Shown here: in pieces, positions 9,254 through 17,668 of the stretch
Layout: every line of letters begins with the position of its first letter
Numbering within the stretch: the first letter of the stretch is position 1
Source of the DNA: a virus
Lineage: Duplodnaviria; Caudoviricetes
Reading direction: 5' to 3' (one strand)
Virus record (IMG/VR): IMGVR_UViG_3300049564_000015
Coordinates: 1 to 42,789 of that record
DNA length: 42,789 nt
Program-made: the position numbers and the translations under genes
Notes under the pieces: generated by a model
Seen by the model: only the letters and a program-made list of their open reading frames with translations
Told to the model about the DNA's origin: nothing
Databases searched by the model: none

Positions 9254-10363
9254 CTATGCGTCGGCCGGCGCGGACGAGAAGATCACCATCGAGCCGTTAT
9301 CGACGGGTTTCGTGGTGTCCACCGTCGGGTCGGTGCCGAAGCGCAGCTTCTGCACGCCCCTGATCTCCTCAACGCCCGTTCCCTGGAAGAATCCATAGTC
9401 GCGGCTGTTGGTGATCACCTTCGTCCGCTGTGCCCAGGCGATGCCGATGGCCTGCGCGCCGGCCAGATACGATGCCGCAACGTCGGAAGGACCGCCGCCG
9501 ACGCCTGCCAGCACCGGCAACTCGGGGATTTCACGGATAATCATCCCGTCGTAGATGATGTCGCCGGCGGTGAACAACGGATTGTCGCTGCCCCTGTTCC
9601 ACGCATACTGCAAGGCGTTGATAATCACCGGATCGAGCATCAGGTCGCGGAAGCAGAGGCTCGGCACGAACACGACGTACCATTCCTCGTCGTTGTTCAG
9701 CCTGATGGGCCGGATTTTCGGCGTTGCCGTGCGCGCGATGCGCTTGGCCAGCGTGAGCTGTGCGGCAGACATCTTGCCGGTCGCCGGGGTGATAGTGGCC
9801 AGGGCGGTTGCCATGACACCCGACACCGCGTTGCTCTTGGACGCGCCGAACAACACACGATCGGCGTTGTTGACCATCCAGTAGTTGCGCTGTGCTGCGG
9901 TTGCGGCGGCGTAGGACAGCACGACGTTGTTGTCGGCCGTGATCGAGCCGAACGCGCTGATGATGTCGGAGCGCAGCTTGTTGGCGGCCCAGTTCTTCAG
10001 CACCGAGCGTGCGCCCTGGAGCAGATCGATGACCGATTTCTGCTCGTCCCAGTCGGATACCGCGACCGCGTGGCGGATGACGCCGACGGTAACGTTGAGG
10101 CTCCTGGCGTTGAGGATCTCTTCGTTGCCCTCCAGGACCACGTTGCCGGTTACGCCGGCACCCACCAAGTTACGGATGGTTGGGAAGACAACAGTGTCGC
10201 CGGGTTTCCTAGTAAGATCCAGTTGCAACTGGATCATCGCATCCATACTTGTCCCAAAATATGGAGTAAACTGGTTTTCTCTGAGATATTCGACCCAGAA
10301 ATCACTTTGCCACTGGATCGGCGTTAGTCCGGGTCTACTCGGAGTTACGTTCATGTCGGCCAT
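9254..10363 (-). CDS. Major capsid protein, N4-gp56/DUF4043-like
   Basis: 369 aa; DLTRKPGDTVVFP, GNVVLEGNEE, NPLFTAGDIIYDGMIIRE, DYGF..G motifs; follows scaffold; AGGAG RBS. Confidence 0.88.
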   Translation of the reverse strand: MADMNVTPSRPGLTPIQWQSDFWVEYLRENQFTPYFGTSMDAMIQLQLDLTRKPGDTVVFPTIRNLVGAGVTGNVVLEGNEEILNARSLNVTVGVIRHAVAVSDWDEQKSVIDLLQGARSVLKNWAANKLRSDIISAFGSITADNNVVLSYAAATAAQRNYWMVNNADRVLFGASKSNAVSGVMATALATITPATGKMSAAQLTLAKRIARTATPKIRPIRLNNDEEWYVVFVPSLCFRDLMLDPVIINALQYAWNRGSDNPLFTAGDIIYDGMIIREIPELPVLAGVGGGPSDVAASYLAGAQAIGIAWAQRTKVITNSRDYGFFQGTGVEEIRGVQKLRFGTDPTVDTTKPVDNGSMVIFSSAPADA

Positions 10364-10500
10364 CGCCGAGCACTCCTATACTAGCTTTCTCCTTTCATTT
10401 GATCGCGCCCGTTATGCTCGGCGGCAGCCACTGCGCCCGTTTCGGTCGGCGGCACCTGGGTAGGCACTTGCGCCCGTTAACCCCGGCGGCGGGTAGGCAC
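10358..10500 (-). promoter_or_regulatory. Structured capsid-gene leader: three GCCGCCG-N5-AACGGGCGC hairpin repeats plus a helix covering the start codon
   Basis: Plus-strand GCGCCCGTT-N5-CGGCGGC at 10405-10425, 10433-10453 and 10470-10490; 10364-10372 is the exact reverse complement of 10415-10423. Confidence 0.7.
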
Positions 10501-10501
10501 G

Positions 10502-11332
10502 TCAGAACCGGCGGAACTGCCCGTTCGCCGACCGTCGATTCTGCACTGGAGCCAACACGTCCTCGAGCGACGGCTCGCCGGTCCAGGTCGATGCTGTGCG
10601 TCCCGCGACGCTGCGCGCGGTGGCGAGCGACGGCTGCATGTTGGCGGCGGGTGATGGTGGAGGTGCTGCTTTCGCCTCGGCCTCCCACTTGGCGCGGGCT
10701 TCGGCCTCGATGCGTGCGCGGTAGGCTGACGGGTCGTCGCCGACCTCGCGGAGATGCCGGAGCCGGTCCACCTCGCGCGTCATCCAGGCGTAGGGATTGG
10801 TTTGGCTGTAGAGCTTGCCGAACAACGTCTGATCGCGGGCGGCGAGCTGCTTGAACTCGGCGACGTACTCGTTGAGCTTGTCGTCGCCTATCTTCTCGCG
10901 GATGCGTTCCTCAGAGTTGTTCAGCCGCTCGTTGAGCAGCACCTGCTGCAGCCGCGCAGTGAAGCCCACCGGATCCTGCGCCGGATCGATCGGCTGCAGT
11001 GGCGGCATCTGCTCGGGTTGTGGCTGGCGGGCCTCCTCCTGCTGGCGCTTGTAGGCCGCGAGTTCGCCTTCGAGGCGCGCCGCCTTCTCTTTCCAGTCCT
11101 GGCGCTTGCGTCGCTCGTCCTCGTAGGCACGGCGCGGGATGACCGGCTCGCCGTCCAGCGGTTGCGGCGGCTCTGCGTCGTCCTCAGGGGGCTTGGACTC
11201 TGGTGCCGCCTTGGGTTCAGCCTTCGTCTCCGGCGCCTCCTGGCGTGGCTCTGGGGCCTCGCGCGGGGTTGGTTCCACTGTTGCCGCCTGCGCCTCGGAC
11301 GCAAGGAAGCTGTCGAGTTGCTCGTTAGCCAT
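10502..11332 (-). CDS. Capsid scaffolding protein
   Basis: Acidic/Pro-rich N-terminus, VIPRRAYEDERRKRQ coiled coil, PSLA motif near C-terminus; between portal and capsid. Confidence 0.85.
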   Translation of the reverse strand: MANEQLDSFLASEAQAATVEPTPREAPEPRQEAPETKAEPKAAPESKPPEDDAEPPQPLDGEPVIPRRAYEDERRKRQDWKEKAARLEGELAAYKRQQEEARQPQPEQMPPLQPIDPAQDPVGFTARLQQVLLNERLNNSEERIREKIGDDKLNEYVAEFKQLAARDQTLFGKLYSQTNPYAWMTREVDRLRHLREVGDDPSAYRARIEAEARAKWEAEAKAAPPPSPAANMQPSLATARSVAGRTASTWTGEPSLEDVLAPVQNRRSANGQFRRF

Positions 11333-11351
11333 GTGATGTCCTGGAGTTTGC

Positions 11352-11392
11352 TGGTATAGTCGCAGCGGACTGGTGTCTCACCACCAGCCCGC
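11352..11392 (+). promoter_or_regulatory. Extended -10 promoter and leader hairpin of the inverted HNH cassette
   Basis: TGGTATAGT, then GCGG-A-CTGGTG-tctcac-CACCAG-C-CCGC. Confidence 0.45.
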
Positions 11393-11422
11393 CACTAGCC
11401 ATCAGAACCGCAGGAGGCTCCA

Positions 11423-11605
11423 ATGGATGAAATACTTAAGACCCTGGCTACGCTCAGCACCAACGTCTCTGTGCTGAACTGGGCGGTCGGCATTCTCGCT
11501 GCCCTGCTCATCGCCCTGCTGACTGTCATGCTCAACATCAGTCACCAGCTTGGCCGCACCAACGGCGCGCTGGACGTTCTCATCCAGCATGTCCAGATGA
11601 AGTGA
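11423..11605 (+). CDS. Small single-TM membrane protein
   Basis: AGGAGG RBS; hydrophobic WAVGILAALLIALLTVML. Confidence 0.7.
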   Translation: MDEILKTLATLSTNVSVLNWAVGILAALLIALLTVMLNISHQLGRTNGALDVLIQHVQMK

Positions 11606-12114
11606 TGGAAATCTGGAAACGGGTCGTTGGAAACGACGATTACGAGGTCAGCAGCCTTGGTCGCGTGAAGCGTATCACCACGGCTATGGGCGCAACTGCC
11701 GGGCGCATACTTAGGCCGGCTCTAGGCAGTCACGGGTATCTCGGCGTCCATCTTGGCAGGCACAACGGACACCTGATCCACAGACTGATGGCCCAGGCGT
11801 TCCTGCCGCCAATCTCCGGCCGCACCCACGTGAACCACATCAACGGCATCAAAACCGACAACCGGATCGAAAACATCGAGTGGTCGAACAAGAGCCTCAA
11901 TCAGCTTCATGCCATGGAACTCGGCCTTTACGCGGGACCGCCGCTCAAGCAAGGGGCTTCCCAAGGCAACGCCAAGCTGACCGATGACAATGTGCGCCAG
12001 ATCCGAGCAATGCGGGCGGCTGGCGTCCACTACATCAAAATTGCCCAGGAGTTCGGCGTCTCCCAATCGCTCGCCTTCTATGTCTGCAAGACGGGTTGGA
12101 AGCACGTCACGTAG
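11605..12114 (+). CDS. NUMOD4-HNH homing endonuclease with C-terminal HTH
   Basis: MEIWK...YEVSSLGRVK (NUMOD4); HRLMAQAF, VNHINGIKTDNRIENIEW (HNH); NAKLT..NVRQIR. Confidence 0.92.
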   Translation: MEIWKRVVGNDDYEVSSLGRVKRITTAMGATAGRILRPALGSHGYLGVHLGRHNGHLIHRLMAQAFLPPISGRTHVNHINGIKTDNRIENIEWSNKSLNQLHAMELGLYAGPPLKQGASQGNAKLTDDNVRQIRAMRAAGVHYIKIAQEFGVSQSLAFYVCKTGWKHVT

Positions 12115-14281
12115 CCGACCCAGGCGCCGCGGGCTGCGGGATGGGCGTCTGAAGCAGCCTGTTCGTCGTGACCATCGTGTTGTGCGTGTCTGCGATCTGA
12201 CCGACGGCCTGATGCTGCGTATGCACAGCCTTGGCCTCGTCCACCGAGGCTTTGGCATGCTTGGCACGGAGATCGGCAAGATCGTGGGCGGCTTGCATCT
12301 CTGGGGGCATTTGAGGCTCGGAGGCGACTGGAGCCGATGGTGAATCCGGCGCCGCGAACGGCTGCCCGTAGGGCGGAGCGGAGAACTGGGCGTGTATATC
12401 GTGCAGGTTCCGCACGGCATTGACGTTCCGCTCTTTGGCCAGGGCGGAATCCGCCGCAGCTTTCGCCTGTTTGCTCTGGATGTCCGCTTGTGCATGTTGT
12501 TGGGCAAGCTGTCCTGCTTGCTGTTGGACCTGACCTTGTTGCTGCTGATGTGCTTGCATCCGTTGCAGTAATTGGTCCTTATCTTTCAGCCCTGAGGCCG
12601 CAATCAAAACATCCCCAGGGATAAGGCCAGGTTGCATACCAGCTAGTTGCACTAATGTCGCGAATTGTTCTTGCTGTAGACTTGGGATGTCTATCCCCTC
12701 TTCTATTGTTATATCTACATCAAGATCTGAAATATCATTCTGTATTCCAACAACCTGCTGCAACCGTGGATCATCCGGCTGAAGCTGCATGCGCTGCATC
12801 ATCTGCATGCGCATCTGCTCCGGCATGGCCGCCAGCTTGTCCATGACCCGGATCGGCCGGTTGATGCCGACCCACGTCGTGCCGTTCAGTTCGTCCGTGA
12901 TCCGCACCCACTTGCCGCCGGACCAATACTCCCGCGCGGCCATCCAGCAGCTTTCGTAGATCCGCCGCGACCAATAGCGCAGCGCGTCGGCGAGTGGTTC
13001 GTTCTGTGCCTGTCCGCCGGCCTGCTGGGCCAGGATGGCGCGTCCGCTCAGTTCCCGCGGGTCGGTGCCAGACAGCGCCGCATTGGGGCCGGAGAGCTGC
13101 ATCTCGGCGGTGGCGTGCTGCAGTAGCTGGAATTGCCCGGTGGCGAGATCGGCGCTCTGCTCGATCTCGAATTTCAGGCCCGGCATCACCTCGACGTAGC
13201 CGTCCGGCCGCGCCACCTCGCGACGTGCCTTGTCCACGTCCTGCACGGCGCCCTGCTCGGCCACCACCTGGCGGACGGAGAGCAGGTGCAGCGCCTTCGA
13301 GCGCCGCTTGTTGATCTCGTCCTGCAGCGAGATCAGCCCGCGCACCATGCCGTAGCGCTGGTTTTCGCGGTTGATGTAGGCGCTTTGCAGCAGCAGCCCG
13401 CAGCAACTCTTGCCCTTGCGGTCCTTGAACTTGGATTTCTGCGGCGCGGCCAGAATGCCGTTCTTGGTGAACGTCGCCTGCCACCAGGTATCCTTCTCGG
13501 ACCAGTGGCATTGCACAACACGCACACGGCGGCGGCGGTTGTCGGTCCAGAACGCGGTTTCCGGGCGATCGTTGTAGTAGAAATCGACGCTGCTGAACGA
13601 CGCCTCGATCACGTCGTCGCCCTCGGGATACATGCCTTCGAGCTGGTCCCGATCCATCCAGATCACGAGACCCTTGTAGCGGGCGTCACCGAAGTCCATG
13701 GACCTGCTGTGCGGGTCGTAGAAGATGCGATCCCACGGAACGTGCGTAATCGTTATGTTCGCGCCGCCCTGGCCGTCGTCCTCCAGGCCGAGTTCCGCGC
13801 CGCCGGCGCCTTCGACCAGCATGTTCTCGAACACGGCGCTGCGGACCAGCGAGAAGTCGTTGTCGTCGGAGATGTAGCGCAACGCCTGCGTGGCAGCGTC
13901 GGCGCGGTCCTCCTCGGCCGGCGTGCGGGCGAACGCCTTGGGGTCAGTGCGCGCCTTGCGCTCCATGCCGCAGAGCAGGCTGACCTTGTCGTGGATGCGG
14001 TTGATGACGATCGCCGGCTGGCCACGCTTCTTGAGTTCGTCCAGTTCCTCCTTGCTCCACTGCACGTGGTCGAAATACTCGCGGTCACGCTCGGCAAGCT
14101 GGATTTCGTCCTGGCGTGCGAGTTCCGATTCCTCGAACCACCGCACCAGCCGGTCGTGCAGGTCATCGAGATCGCGCGGATACTCGTCCCCCACACCGCT
14201 GCCGGTGAGGTCGGAGACGGCCGGCGGCTGGTCAGGGCCGCGTGGCTCGTGGACGTGGATGTGGATAGCGGTGTCGCTCAT
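12107..14281 (-). CDS. Portal protein, P22-like
   Basis: 724 aa; DREYFDHVQW, RGQPAIVINRI, YGMVRGLISLQDEINKRRSK, SGRAILAQQ; Gln-rich helical C-terminus. Confidence 0.9.
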   Translation of the reverse strand: MSDTAIHIHVHEPRGPDQPPAVSDLTGSGVGDEYPRDLDDLHDRLVRWFEESELARQDEIQLAERDREYFDHVQWSKEELDELKKRGQPAIVINRIHDKVSLLCGMERKARTDPKAFARTPAEEDRADAATQALRYISDDNDFSLVRSAVFENMLVEGAGGAELGLEDDGQGGANITITHVPWDRIFYDPHSRSMDFGDARYKGLVIWMDRDQLEGMYPEGDDVIEASFSSVDFYYNDRPETAFWTDNRRRRVRVVQCHWSEKDTWWQATFTKNGILAAPQKSKFKDRKGKSCCGLLLQSAYINRENQRYGMVRGLISLQDEINKRRSKALHLLSVRQVVAEQGAVQDVDKARREVARPDGYVEVMPGLKFEIEQSADLATGQFQLLQHATAEMQLSGPNAALSGTDPRELSGRAILAQQAGGQAQNEPLADALRYWSRRIYESCWMAAREYWSGGKWVRITDELNGTTWVGINRPIRVMDKLAAMPEQMRMQMMQRMQLQPDDPRLQQVVGIQNDISDLDVDITIEEGIDIPSLQQEQFATLVQLAGMQPGLIPGDVLIAASGLKDKDQLLQRMQAHQQQQGQVQQQAGQLAQQHAQADIQSKQAKAAADSALAKERNVNAVRNLHDIHAQFSAPPYGQPFAAPDSPSAPVASEPQMPPEMQAAHDLADLRAKHAKASVDEAKAVHTQHQAVGQIADTHNTMVTTNRLLQTPIPQPAAPGSAT

Positions 14282-14559
14282 TGGCTCGGTTTGTTCAGTT
14301 TATCCCACTCGGGTGCCGCCCGCTTGGCTACAGCCTCCAAATCCGCGTCCGAATACTGCTGGTCCCACCTCGGTGCCACAGCATGCCTAACCGCCACCTG
14401 CATTGCGTCCCTGAACCACGCTGCCACGAACGCGAGGCGGTCGGCGTCGGTGCGTACGCCATCGGCCTTGGCGTAGGCGGCGAGGAACTCGGCGGCCCAC
14501 TTCTCGGGGTCTGCGCCGACCTCGCGCTGGAACCGCGCGCCGGAGAGGGGTTGGGTCAT
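14278..14559 (-). CDS. Hypothetical protein, 93 aa
   Basis: ATGA overlaps with terL and portal. Confidence 0.65.
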   Translation of the reverse strand: MTQPLSGARFQREVGADPEKWAAEFLAAYAKADGVRTDADRLAFVAAWFRDAMQVAVRHAVAPRWDQQYSDADLEAVAKRAAPEWDKLNKPSQ

Positions 14560-15965
14560 GCTATGCGCCAATTTGCCACCTCTGAGCGGCCGGCACGCTG
14601 GAAGGCCGCAGACCAACTGTCGCGCACGACGGGCTTGGCGGTATCACGCACGAACGGCCGCGACATGCAGGCGTAGCGGCACGAGTCCGGCGCGTGATCC
14701 TCCATGTCGCTGTCCACGTCCTCTGGCCGTGCGTCGTCGTGCTGTAGCGCCGGCAGGGTGCGTATGAGGTCGCGGCTGGTGGAGAACAGCAGCAGCATTG
14801 GCGCGCCGTCAGCGTCGCCCTCAAGGCGGGCGCGGACCTGGTCCCAGCCGCCCATGGCGCCGCGTCCTGCAACACGCTTGTTGTCGGCCGGGCGGAAATG
14901 CACGCCGAGGCCCATCATGCGATGGGCGATCGACGGCCCGCCGTCCTCGGCGAACATGGCGGGATCGGCAACGCCAGTCATCGTGCCGGTATCGTCAGCC
15001 TCGCGCGCTTTGATGCCGGCAGCGATCACCTCGGCAGTCATGCGCAACCCCACGTTGGGCTCACCCGTACGCATGCCATACCACTCGCGATAGTTGACCA
15101 GCGCGCCGCGGGCGATGCCGTCGCTACCGTCGCTGACGGCCCACCAGTGGCAGGCGAACGGGCGAGCGCTGCCCCAGTCGAACGATCTGAACCGCAGCCA
15201 ATGCTCGGGCAACGAACGCGGCGCGATGACGTGGCGCTCCATACTGAACTCCGGGAAGAACGCACCGCTGACGACCGACCAGTCCCCTTCGAGCCAGGCG
15301 CGCACCAGTTCGGGAGAGCCTGACGCACGCAGGCGCTGCACGTAGTCGGGGCCGAGGTAGGCATTATCCCGCACGCGGCTGGGTATGTATATACGATCGA
15401 GGCCCTCGGCGGATTTGATGATGCGCCAGCCCATGGGCTCGGGGTCGATGTAGCGAGCGCGCACCCACTGGTGACCAGGGCCACCGGGATTGCCGGTGAG
15501 ACGAATGCCGACCGGCACACCGGCGCCCGATCGCAATGTGGCCATGAGCTTCATGATCGGCACGGGCGATGGAAAGTTGCCGGCTTCCTCGATGTATACG
15601 CGAGTGTATGACGCGCCCTGATATTGCTCGGCGTCGGCATCGCGTTCGAGGTATGCGAAGGTGAGGCGTGCGCCGTTGGGCATCGTGACGCGCATTGGGT
15701 TCTGCGTGAACGAGGCGCCGAACTTCGTATAAATGAGGCGTGCGCGTTCGTATGTTTCGAGCAGCTCGATGCGCGTGCGGCGGACCATGAGGCCGATGGC
15801 GTCGGCCTTGTAGTCATCGGCGTGGATGGCCCATTCGCCGAGGACAGCGTCGGTTTTTCCACCACCGCGCGCGCCGCCGAAGAAGATTTCAAACACCGGA
15901 CAACCGACGAAAGCGGCTTGCGGGCCAGGCTGCGCTTCCCAGACGGTGACGATCTTTTCAGGCAT
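14556..15965 (-). CDS. terL: Terminase large subunit
   Basis: PQ motif, Walker A GGARGGGKT, Walker B VYIEEA, TGNPGGPGH, nuclease SFDWG and EDHAPDSCRY; start placed at ATG 15965. Confidence 0.93.
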   Translation of the reverse strand: MPEKIVTVWEAQPGPQAAFVGCPVFEIFFGGARGGGKTDAVLGEWAIHADDYKADAIGLMVRRTRIELLETYERARLIYTKFGASFTQNPMRVTMPNGARLTFAYLERDADAEQYQGASYTRVYIEEAGNFPSPVPIMKLMATLRSGAGVPVGIRLTGNPGGPGHQWVRARYIDPEPMGWRIIKSAEGLDRIYIPSRVRDNAYLGPDYVQRLRASGSPELVRAWLEGDWSVVSGAFFPEFSMERHVIAPRSLPEHWLRFRSFDWGSARPFACHWWAVSDGSDGIARGALVNYREWYGMRTGEPNVGLRMTAEVIAAGIKAREADDTGTMTGVADPAMFAEDGGPSIAHRMMGLGVHFRPADNKRVAGRGAMGGWDQVRARLEGDADGAPMLLLFSTSRDLIRTLPALQHDDARPEDVDSDMEDHAPDSCRYACMSRPFVRDTAKPVVRDSWSAAFQRAGRSEVANWRIA

Positions 15966-15982
15966 TGGTGTGTAAATACCTG

Positions 15983-16011
15983 TTGACATCCTGCCCACAC
16001 GTTGGCATAAT
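15983..16011 (+). promoter_or_regulatory. Sigma70 promoter of inverted two-gene cassette
   Basis: TTGACA-17 nt-CATAAT with TGCC-N8-GGCA imperfect palindrome; AGGAG RBS downstream. Confidence 0.75.
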
Positions 16012-16035
16012 GCCTACATAGACAGGAGACGACAG

Positions 16036-16305
16036 ATGGCCAACATTCTCTACTTCACCGGCACTGAGCAGCTTACCAAGCCCCACCACGACGGCAGCAT
16101 CTACACCAGCGCAAAGCATTTCACCGGCCTGAACAGCCTCGGCGTCCGCGTTGCGGTTGAGCGCGCGATCGAGCGCAAGTCTTTCCCGTCCAACCACAAG
16201 TGTGACGCTCGCTGCCTGAACGCTACCGGCTTCAAGTGTGAATGCGCTTGCGGCGGAAAGAACCACGGCGCTGGCAACTTTTCCTGCGAAGCGGTGGCGG
16301 CATGA
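16036..16305 (+). CDS. Cys/His-rich putative zinc-binding protein
   Basis: HKCDARCLNATGFKCECACGGKNHG; promoter and RBS upstream. Confidence 0.8.
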   Translation: MANILYFTGTEQLTKPHHDGSIYTSAKHFTGLNSLGVRVAVERAIERKSFPSNHKCDARCLNATGFKCECACGGKNHGAGNFSCEAVAA

Positions 16306-16496
16306 GCCCCACCGTTTTCCGCGCTCGCCTTGAAGCCCTCGGCTGGACACAGCGGGGCTTCGCTGCGTTGCTGGGCGTCGCGCATAACACGGTACATCGC
16401 TGGGCATTGGATCAGGCGCGGATACCTGACGAAGTTGCAGCATGGATCAACGAAGTCGCGGAGTTCATCAAGCATCACCCTCCGCCGTCTCGGTAG
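16302..16496 (+). CDS. Small XRE-like HTH regulator
   Basis: MSPTVFRARLEALGWTQRGFAALLGVAHNTVHRWA; ATGA coupling. Confidence 0.8.
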   Translation: MSPTVFRARLEALGWTQRGFAALLGVAHNTVHRWALDQARIPDEVAAWINEVAEFIKHHPPPSR

Positions 16497-16818
16497 TTAC
16501 AGATGCATCTATCAGCAGAGGATCGCTGCGGCTGTCGGAAGGCGCGTGCTGGCGCAGCCACTCGGTTGCGCTATCGACGGGCGACGGCGCGCGCAGCACG
16601 TATGTCACGGGATTGTTGGGATCGCCGGTGAGTTGCAACGGCAGCACCTTGCCGACGAGGGTGAGGAACGCGGCGGGCGTGTCGAGCGCGCGTGCGGCGA
16701 GGTAATCACATCCACCAACCACGTTGAGCGCGTTGAGGATCATGTTACGAAGGTCGGCGGTGTCCTTATTCGGGACGCCCTTTCGGCGCCCTTGTCCGCT
16801 TGTGCTCGTCTTTGGCAC
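16468..16818 (-). CDS. terS: Terminase small subunit (putative)
   Basis: GRRKGVPNK.T...AFLTLVGKVLP; upstream of terL. Confidence 0.65.
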   Translation of the reverse strand: MPKTSTSGQGRRKGVPNKDTADLRNMILNALNVVGGCDYLAARALDTPAAFLTLVGKVLPLQLTGDPNNPVTYVLRAPSPVDSATEWLRQHAPSDSRSDPLLIDASVTTETAEGDA

Positions 16819-16839
16819 TGATCAGCACACTTTATGCAG

Positions 16840-17460
16840 TTATTCTCGCGCCACGAGACAATCCACATTGACCGTAACGTCTCTGACGTGTCCGAACAGC
16901 ATGAGCGCGACGTGAGCGGTGGAGCGTGTCACTGAGACGACGACGCCTGGGTGCTCGCGGAACGGCCCCGTGGCGAGGCTGCAGGGGGTGCCAGGAGCCC
17001 ATGGAACGTCGGCGAGTATCCCACTAGCGGCCAGGGCCTCGGCCGCCTGTAGCGCTTCCACAAGGCCCCTAGCGACGTGGCTTGGAATCTGGTCGGCATT
17101 GGTGAGCAGTTTGAACACTCCTGGGGCGTAGCGAATTGGCCACCACGGATCACGCAGGTCGAGGCGAATGAACAGATACGACGGGAAAAGCGGCACCTGG
17201 ACGCGATGGAACATCGACTGGATCGCACGATCGCGACGGCGGACGAACGTGAGCGGCAGGTATGTTTCGTAGCCCTTCTGGGCGAGGCTCTCAGCGGCGC
17301 GGCGCTCGGCTTGCGGATATGACGCGATGACGAACCAGCGCGGGCCTGGACGGCATCCGCTAGGCGTGGGGGCCACAACGCGGGCTGGCCCCGTATCCTG
17401 TTGGCGGGCAATTAAGCAACTGGTTGGTTGCGTGTCAACGCTGGTGATGGCGTTCACCAC
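16840..17460 (-). CDS. NusG/RfaH-family transcription antiterminator
   Basis: RWFVIAS, GYETYLP, PLFPSYLFI (NGN); GPFREHPGVV...LMLFG (KOW). Confidence 0.88.
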   Translation of the reverse strand: MVNAITSVDTQPTSCLIARQQDTGPARVVAPTPSGCRPGPRWFVIASYPQAERRAAESLAQKGYETYLPLTFVRRRDRAIQSMFHRVQVPLFPSYLFIRLDLRDPWWPIRYAPGVFKLLTNADQIPSHVARGLVEALQAAEALAASGILADVPWAPGTPCSLATGPFREHPGVVVSVTRSTAHVALMLFGHVRDVTVNVDCLVARE

Positions 17461-17621
17461 CCACCGCGGAAGACGAGGAAGATGATCACGATCAGCACCA
17501 CGAGGCCGAGGCCGCCGCCGTAGCCCCAGCCTGGGCCGTAGGCGCCGTGGAGGTAGTAGCCGCCGCCGCCGCCGACGCCCACGAGAAGGAGGATGACAAT
17601 CAACAACACGACCAAGCTCAT
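17454..17621 (-). CDS. Gly-rich two-TM small protein, DUF3309-like, 55 aa
   Basis: Below the ORF-track cutoff: MSLVVLLIVILLLVGVGGGGGYYLHGAYGPGWGYGGGLGLVVLIVIIFLVFRGGW. Confidence 0.75.
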   Translation of the reverse strand: MSLVVLLIVILLLVGVGGGGGYYLHGAYGPGWGYGGGLGLVVLIVIIFLVFRGGW

Positions 17622-17633
17622 TTCTTGAGTTCC

Positions 17634-17662
17634 TTGCGTATCGTAACCGAATGCCCTATGCT
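17634..17662 (+). promoter_or_regulatory. Sigma70 promoter, probably leaderless, for GIY-YIG gene
   Basis: TTGCGT-17 nt-TATGCT, ATG 6 nt later, no SD. Confidence 0.6.
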
Positions 17663-17668
17663 GGTTTC

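Noticed and set aside
10405-10490. Mini CRISPR array
   Set aside because: Repeats have variable centres, spacers are only 7-16 nt, and there are no cas genes
9146-14476. Long plus-strand ORFs such as 9146-10327 and 13133-14476
   Set aside because: Antisense shadows of high-GC capsid and portal genes, with no motifs or RBS
14556-15965. Intein or intron in terminase, portal or capsid
   Set aside because: Frames are continuous, sizes normal, no splicing motifs; the endonucleases are free-standing
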